Shown: positions 47,013 through 64,000 of the stretch, piece after piece | How the letters are laid out: each line of letters begins with the position of its first letter | Numbering within the stretch: position 1 is the first letter of the stretch | Source: Amoebidium appalachense | Lineage: Eukaryota; Protista; Ichthyosporea | Direction: 5' to 3' | Assembly (NCBI GenBank): GCA_963693365.1 | Contig: CAVNZM010000010.1 | Location: 1,736,001-1,800,000, forward strand | Length of the DNA: 64,000 nucleotides | The notes under the pieces: model-generated | Told to the model about the DNA's origin: nothing | Databases searched by the model: none | What the model saw: the letters and a program-made list of their open reading frames with translations, nothing else | Position numbers and translations under genes: made by a program

Positions 47013-48381
47013 CCTGCTGGAGGTGGCGCCCAACGGTACCCCACTGGGAGATATGAACTGTTGGTAATGGTAGTGATAAGATGCACGTTTTGGGTAATTC
47101 TCAACGGTGGTCGTACGTGCAAGACACGCGAGGGTCCACCAAAAAGGAACACCAACACACACGCACACTGCAACACTAGTGGCCCAGACTGACACTCTCA
47201 GCAAAAGCACACGTGCATACATGCGTACGCCTAATATACACATGCACACAAGAGCAAAGAAACGTCACACGCACACACTAATTCACTTACGCCTTCACGG
47301 AACCATCTCTCCTCCCACCTACACCCCCACATGCAAAAACCACAAGGTACCTGGTTTGGATTGTATTTCTGCGGACCAAGCGGTGTGTTGCGGCATGTGC
47401 CGCCCGGGTTACTCTACAAACTCAAGCCCTTTCTTGCTCTTCTCCCTCAATATGTTTTCCTTGTTCCCGTGAGGACTAAAAACATACAAATCACCCTGTA
47501 GATTACTATACCTCTTCCTTACACTCTAACCGTTCTCCGTTTCTGGCGCCTCGGATCGGATTCCAGAGTTGAAGTCTGCTTAAAGATGGATCGACCTAAT
47601 GCTATCTCGTACTAATTGACACATATGAAGTGAATACACCAATCAAATGCGACCAAATGTCAGGCAGTGGCATGTGGCAACTTTTGCGCAGCGCAAAGGT
47701 GCGCGAAGGCCACAAGGCGGCCTTTTTTTTTTCTTTCTTTTTTTTTTTTTTTTTTTTTTTAGCGGCTTGTTCTATCACGGGTGGCTGATGATCCCTGTCG
47801 AACATCAGCGGTCCTGCACACTTCAAGCTTCTCCTTTCCAAAAAATTAGAAACAAGGGAACCTGTGATGCTCGGGAGCATGAATTGCTAACGATGTTTGT
47901 GCAAGACGGCTTCAGAGAGCAAAAAACCACACACACTCATAAACACGTTCACCCTCTAGTTAGCCAGGCTAACGATTTCGCGGAGTTCTTCGCGAAACCT
48001 AGTAGATTGCCAAGGGCATGTGTAGTAGCGTGCTGCCTGAAAGTTAGGTGATGTTTATCCCGTTAGCACGCAAACAGTTGGCTTCAAGGGTTCTGTCAGC
48101 CTCCGAGACGTAGCCTGGCCAAAAGGAAAACATGTTTCTCCCTGCAGCTGTGCCTGTACGTCACACGTGCGAGTTACGCATAACGTAGCGCGCACGAACG
48201 GTACGCAGTTCTAGACACCTGCACCCGTAACCGCTCCCTGCACGTCCACACATCCACTCTTGAATCTCGGACTCGGTACCCACCCACACACTATCACACA
48301 CGAATATGCACGCTCGTACCATAACTGTGTGGCTTCAACACATACACACACAGCACGCACACGCACACGTTTGCCTGTGTA

Positions 48382-48459
<78 letters not shown>

Positions 48460-48460
48460 A

Positions 48461-48528
<68 letters not shown>

Positions 48529-48865
48529 ATGCGCCTTGTGGGCGCGCATGTGGCCCCGTGTGTGTGGCGACGGGCACACACACTTTTGTCCGTATGTGCA
48601 GGTGTGTATGGTAACGAATTTTAAGATGTGTAGCAGTGTGGGAGAGTGTGGGTGGGTGGGTGTGGTTGTTTATGTGTTTGGGAGGTTTGGTGTTAGGGGG
48701 GGGAGGGAGGTAGAAAGAGTTGCAGTCGAAGGTAGAACTACACATGCATTCATGACGGACAACTATAGCTAAACGCAGATTGCAATTTCACACAAAGAGT
48801 ATGCCTCACTTATGGGTGGTGGTAGTAGTTGTTGTTGTTGTTGTTGTGTGGCGAGTGTTGTGTGG

Positions 48866-48902
<37 letters not shown>

Positions 48903-49136
48903 GGGGGGGGGGGGGGGGGGGGGGCAGCATTATGGTTGCCCAACCCCTCAGGGCCTGGGCTCAGTGGGCTATGTAACGACTTGTGCACATGAAAGTGTTC
49001 CATGCCGTGGGGGCGGTGGGGAGGTGCATTTGTGGCAAAGCCGATGATCAAATAGCCGACCGTTTTTGTGCTTTTCCAGTTAGACTGTGTACAGGTGCAC
49101 GTGCACGTTAGAGTGCAGGTCTGTAGGTATATTATG

Positions 49137-49200
<64 letters not shown>

Positions 49201-49544
49201 TATGTGTGTGTGTGTGTGGTGTGGTGTGGTGTGGTGTGTATATACGTGGGTGGTTGAGCGCTGGTCCACATGTCATAATGGTGCACGCGAGTGGCAATTG
49301 TGTTGTGTGCCCGGTGTGTTCGTGCACCTGCATGCACTACATCACAGGGAATACACACTACACATGCCAGTACGGTAAACTCTGCCACGAGAAGGAGTAA
49401 TTTGAATTTCTTCGTAGATGGGGTTTCTGTGTCGAAAGACACAGATCTAGACCGCGGATCAGAAATGGACCTTAAATGAAGTAGCTTTATAAGCCTTTAG
49501 AATTTTTAATTTTCTTTTTTCTTTTTTTTCTTTCTGGTGTATGC

Positions 49545-49638
<94 letters not shown>

Positions 49639-49703
49639 TTGTTCTTTTCTTTTATTTCTTCATTTTTTGTGGGGGGGGTGATCGGGAGATACGGAAAAGG
49701 GAA

Positions 49704-49749
<46 letters not shown>

Positions 49750-49842
49750 CATACGTCACACATACATCCACACATACCGAGACACCCGAACACCTCGTCG
49801 ACGAAATCCAACTCAGATACTGCTTCAACACTGCTTCGCCAC

Positions 49843-50095
49843 TTGAACATGGGAGGAATGGGGGGGGGGGGCTGCTTAATGAGTGTTTCATAAAGGAACA
49901 TAGCACTAACAAGTTGGATCGCAATCGAAGACAAACCAAAACCTGGTGACCCAGCCTTAGAGGCCACCGTGAGGGTACAGCACTGAAGGATAGCTCAAGA
50001 GATTGCAGAGCCACAAATGTGGGCAGGAAGGCTTTCGTGGTGTCGAGCTGTGTCGGGAAGATGTATAGGAAGTTTGATTCTGGGAGGGAAGGGCC

Positions 50096-50145
<50 letters not shown>

Positions 50146-50587
50146 GAGAAGTAGGGGAGAGGTTGAGAGAGACCGTGTGTGCATGGGAGAGAGGTTGTGC
50201 GAAGAGAGAGAGAGATTGAGGGAGAGAGAGAAAGGGAGGATGAAAGAGGGGGGGGGGGGGGGGGATGAGAGAGAGAGAGTGTGTGCGTGTCATGCGGAGT
50301 GTGAAGAGAAGAGGGAGGTGTTGAACATGGGAGGAAAGGGGGGGGGGGGGGGGGGGGGGGGGGCTGCTTAATGAGTGTTTCATAAAGGAAAATAGCACTA
50401 ACAAGTTGGATCGCAATCGAAGACAAACCAAAACCTGGTGACCCAGCCTTAGAGGCCACCGTGAGGGTACAGCACTGAAGGATAGCTCAAGAGATTGCAG
50501 AGCCACAAATGTGGGCAGGAAGGCTTTCGTGGTGTCGAGTTGTGTTGGGAAGATGTATAGGAAGTTTGATTCTGGGAGGGAAGGGCC

Positions 50588-50621
<34 letters not shown>

Positions 50622-50819
50622 GGGGGGGGGGAGAGAAAAGTAGGGGAGAGGTTGAGAGAGACCGTGTGTGCATGGGAGAGAGGTTGTGCGAAGAGAGAGA
50701 GAGGTTGAGGGAGAGAGAGAAAGGGAATGAAAGAGGGGGGGGGAAGGGGGGGGGGGGGGATGAGAGAGAGAGAGTGTGTGTGTGTGTGTCATGCGGAGTG
50801 TGAAGAGAAGAGGGAGGTG
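49843..50819. repeat. Recent ~480-bp tandem duplication
   Basis: Units start at 49843 and 50321 (TTGAACATGGGAGGAA...) and are near-identical outside homopolymer tracts. Confidence 0.92.
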
Positions 50820-52723
50820 GGGGGGAGGGGGGAAGAGAGAGAGAGAAAGAAAGGAGGGAGGAATGAAGGAGGGAGGGAGAGCACGGGGGAGAGACGGCAG
50901 CCGGGGGGGGGGGGGGGGGAAGGGGGGAGGAGGGAAGGCCGAACGAGAAGGGAGAAAATAAGGGGAAAAGGCCACCGTGTGTGCACGTGAGAGCTGATGG
51001 TGCGGAGTGAATGAGGGGGTGGCAGGGGGAAGGGGGGAGGGGGGGGGAGAGTGAGAGACAGACAGAGAGAGAGAGAGTGTGTGTGTGTGTGATACACATG
51101 TATATACATAGAGAGAGGGGAAAGGGGGGGTTACACTTTACTCGTAGCGCAAAGAGATTCAAAAGATACAAGGAAACCCCAAAAAAACGGGTGGATCGGT
51201 GGGTGTGGGGGGGAGGGGGAGGGTGGGAAGAGGAGGAGGAGGGGGGGGGGGAGGTGGGTGGGGGGGGGGGGGGGGGGGGGGGGGGGGAGACCCAAGGTAG
51301 CTCAACACAATAGAAGAAGATTGGTCGAAAGGTGGGAAACTTTAATTACTGAAACATGTGCAGCAGAGGTTGGGTATGCAGAAGAAGAAAGGAAGAGGGG
51401 GAGGGGGGGGGGGGGGGGGAGGGGGGGCCCAAAAGTCGAAAGATGGGAAACTGTGATGACTTAACCGTGTGCAGTACGTGTTGGGAGTACAGAAGAAAGA
51501 GGGGGGGGGGGGGGGGGGGGAGGAGCAATGCACAAAAGGAAAGGGAGGGGGGAGGGGGGGGGGGGGGGGGGGGGGACACTTACCCCGAATCATTGTGTCA
51601 GAACAAGAACCACTTTCGTGACGCTGAGACCCGGGCTGAAGTTGCTAAAATGAGAATGGTAACCGGCTTGCATCTGACTAGAAGGTCGAGCTAGGCTCAG
51701 TATTTTGTAACATGTGATGCTGGTAAGGACACAACTCAGGGTTCTACTCAAAATGCTCCACTCGGTATGCTCCAAGTTACCTTCCCCAATCCGCAAGCTT
51801 CTACCATCCTAACACTATTACCTGAAATTCATGAGTCCTATAACGCTTTGCCTCAAATCCACCTGACGGCAACCTCAAGTAAGTGCGTAAGTTACGGAAA
51901 AGACACACGTCTAACCTCTGCTGGTTGCCGCGTTCTGTGCACAAATAAAAGAAAAAAAATGGAACCTCAAGTGTTGCTCACTCACTATGTCTTTGTCATA
52001 ATTGGCCAGACCTGCGGGCAGCGGCAACAACTGCTCACTGCCAGCAATGGGCGATTGGTAGAACGAGCTTGCGCAAGCATTACATACGGTCTCAGCCGCC
52101 CAGCACGTTAGCAATATAAAGTCTTTAAGGACAAAGGGTTCATTTTGAAATTTCACTATGTAATTGATCAAATTGCATATGTAGGATTATCGGCCCCCAC
52201 TGAGTATCGGGAGTTAGGGAGTATGGGGGATTACGATCTGCCGTTATGCACATGCATGGTTCATCCCCGCACTCAATTTGATTGGTGTGGACATAACGGA
52301 CCAATAGTCTTATATACCATATATAAATTTATTTTTGGACATTTATTCGTTAAGTCACGGAATTTCAATGGAATGTGCCGCGGGATCATAAGGCCAAATA
52401 AAGTTATATTTGAGGATTACACTATTGGCTATTGTTTCTGGATTTTTGGTGATTACGTAACTCCCCGCGGCTCAGAAAGTATAAGTGAAGTGCTTGGTGG
52501 GGTCCTTATACTTTGGATACCATCATCGTGAGCAGCAGTGACTCCCCCTCGAGCTCTCCCCCCACACAACTTTTGACCCTCATCCCCCCCCTCCCCCCTC
52601 CACATATATCCTCCCCACCCGAACTATAATACGCCCTGTTTTGTGCTTCTTTTATATACCTCTTTTCAGCCGTCAGTTCCCCACATCTTCGGTTCTAGCA
52701 GAATTCCCTTTTTTGCAGGAAAC

Positions 52724-62756
<10,033 letters not shown>

Positions 62757-63015
62757 AGCCCGGCACGTCCCGAAACTATTGTCATGTTAGACCCAAACAA
62801 GCCCAACTGGACTCCGGTAACACGAGTCAACGAGTCTTGAGGAAGACGTTTTCCCTTCTCGATTGGTTTTTCGACCCATGTACTGTCCCTGTTTGTCGTT
62901 TTTTTTTTTTTTTTTTTTTTTTTTGTGTGTTTCTTCTTGGCCCCTTTCTCAGTGCTCATAGTTGTGAAGGAAATCGTGCCTACAAGGAAGGTATTGGGTG
63001 GAGGGGTGTGTGTGT

Positions 63016-63055
<40 letters not shown>

Positions 63056-63199
63056 GATGCTTGTCTTGAGACTGTATTGTACACTGTGCAACAATAATTG
63101 TGTTTCTCAAATCCAAAGATTTCTGGATTTCTGTGGGATTTGCGAAGGATGTATACAGTTGGTCAATCGAATGGTTAGGTTAGGTATGATGTATTACCA

Positions 63200-63745
63200 C
63201 ATGTACATGCTGTGCTGGAAATTCCTAACATGTAGTACATGGGAAAGTGTACTTAATACCCAAACACACACACACACAAACACGCACGCACACACACACA
63301 CACACACACACCCACACACACACACACTGTTATCAGTCTCTGGGATGGACCACCACTGCCATGCAAAATTAAACATAAAGAAAACATATACTCAATGCAG
63401 CCTTTGGAGCCACGTGCGCAATATGGGCCTGAGAATTTGGATCCGTTGGTGTGCCTGTTTCTCAGCAGGCTCGCATTGTGGGTTCATGAAAGTGTGAACA
63501 CCTTGTGTGGGCGTATGCACGGGAGTGTGTGTGTTTGTCTGTGTGGGTGGGTGGGCGTGGATGTGTGTGTGTGGGTGTGGGTGTGGGTGTGATTGTGTAC
63601 GTGTGTGTAGTGTGTGTGCGTGTGTGTGTGCGTGTGTGCGTGTGTGCGTGTGCATGTGTGGGCGTGGGCGTGGGTGCTCGTGTGCGCGCGTGTGTGATAC
63701 GTAAAATGGTCTGATATTCCATACTGGGCTTCGAATTCCGGACCG
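63200..63745 (-). other. Possible short exons of a minus-strand gene entering from beyond the window
   Basis: Islands of complex sequence between (CA)n tracts with minus-strand GT donors (near 63700, 63391, 63328); no recognisable homology. Confidence 0.25.
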
Positions 63746-63803
63746 TGTGTGCATGTATGTGTAAGCGTAAATGTATGGATGTATGCTTCTCTCTGTGTGT
63801 GTG

Positions 63804-63893
<90 letters not shown>

Positions 63894-64000
63894 TTTGTGG
63901 GTATATGTGAGCGTGTTTGTGTGTGCCACGGTGCACGGTGTGACGGTGTGTGCTTGTTTATCCGTGATGATGTGTGGATTCTAAGGTGTGGGTGGGTGTG

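Noticed and set aside
47351-47396. Upstream coding exon MPQHTAWSAEIQSKP for the RhoGEF
   Set aside because: Splicing to the next acceptor leads to a stop at 46975-46973; more likely a 5' UTR exon or uORF.

Overview
Eukaryotic genomic DNA, intron-rich and saturated with (CA)n/(TG)n, (CT)n and poly-C/poly-G tracts; almost all ORFs in the supplied track are low-complexity artefacts. Manual exon joining with frame and phase checks gives four spliced genes: a 5'-truncated DUF3754/TMEM143-family membrane protein (+, 148-11163), an AhpC/TSA peroxiredoxin-like protein (-, 19133-17109), a ~24-exon F-BAR + DH-PH RhoGEF with a WH2-like tail (-, 47012-23957), and NDUFAF5 (+, 52724-62756). The 12.2-15.3 kb intergenic region holds two adjacent non-autonomous LTR retroelements. 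One is a copia-type TRIM with a half-tRNA-iMet PBS and a 13-bp minisatellite in its LTRs. The other, the most interesting object here, is a tRNA-Lys-primed TRIM whose LTRs carry a tRNA-derived Pol III A/B-box module. Also present: a PIF/Harbinger-type MITE, a branched-hairpin element, a dispersed structured repeat with covarying stems, and repeated decoy duplications of splice junctions. The organism is not identified; gene content would fit a unicellular holozoan-like protist (inference only).
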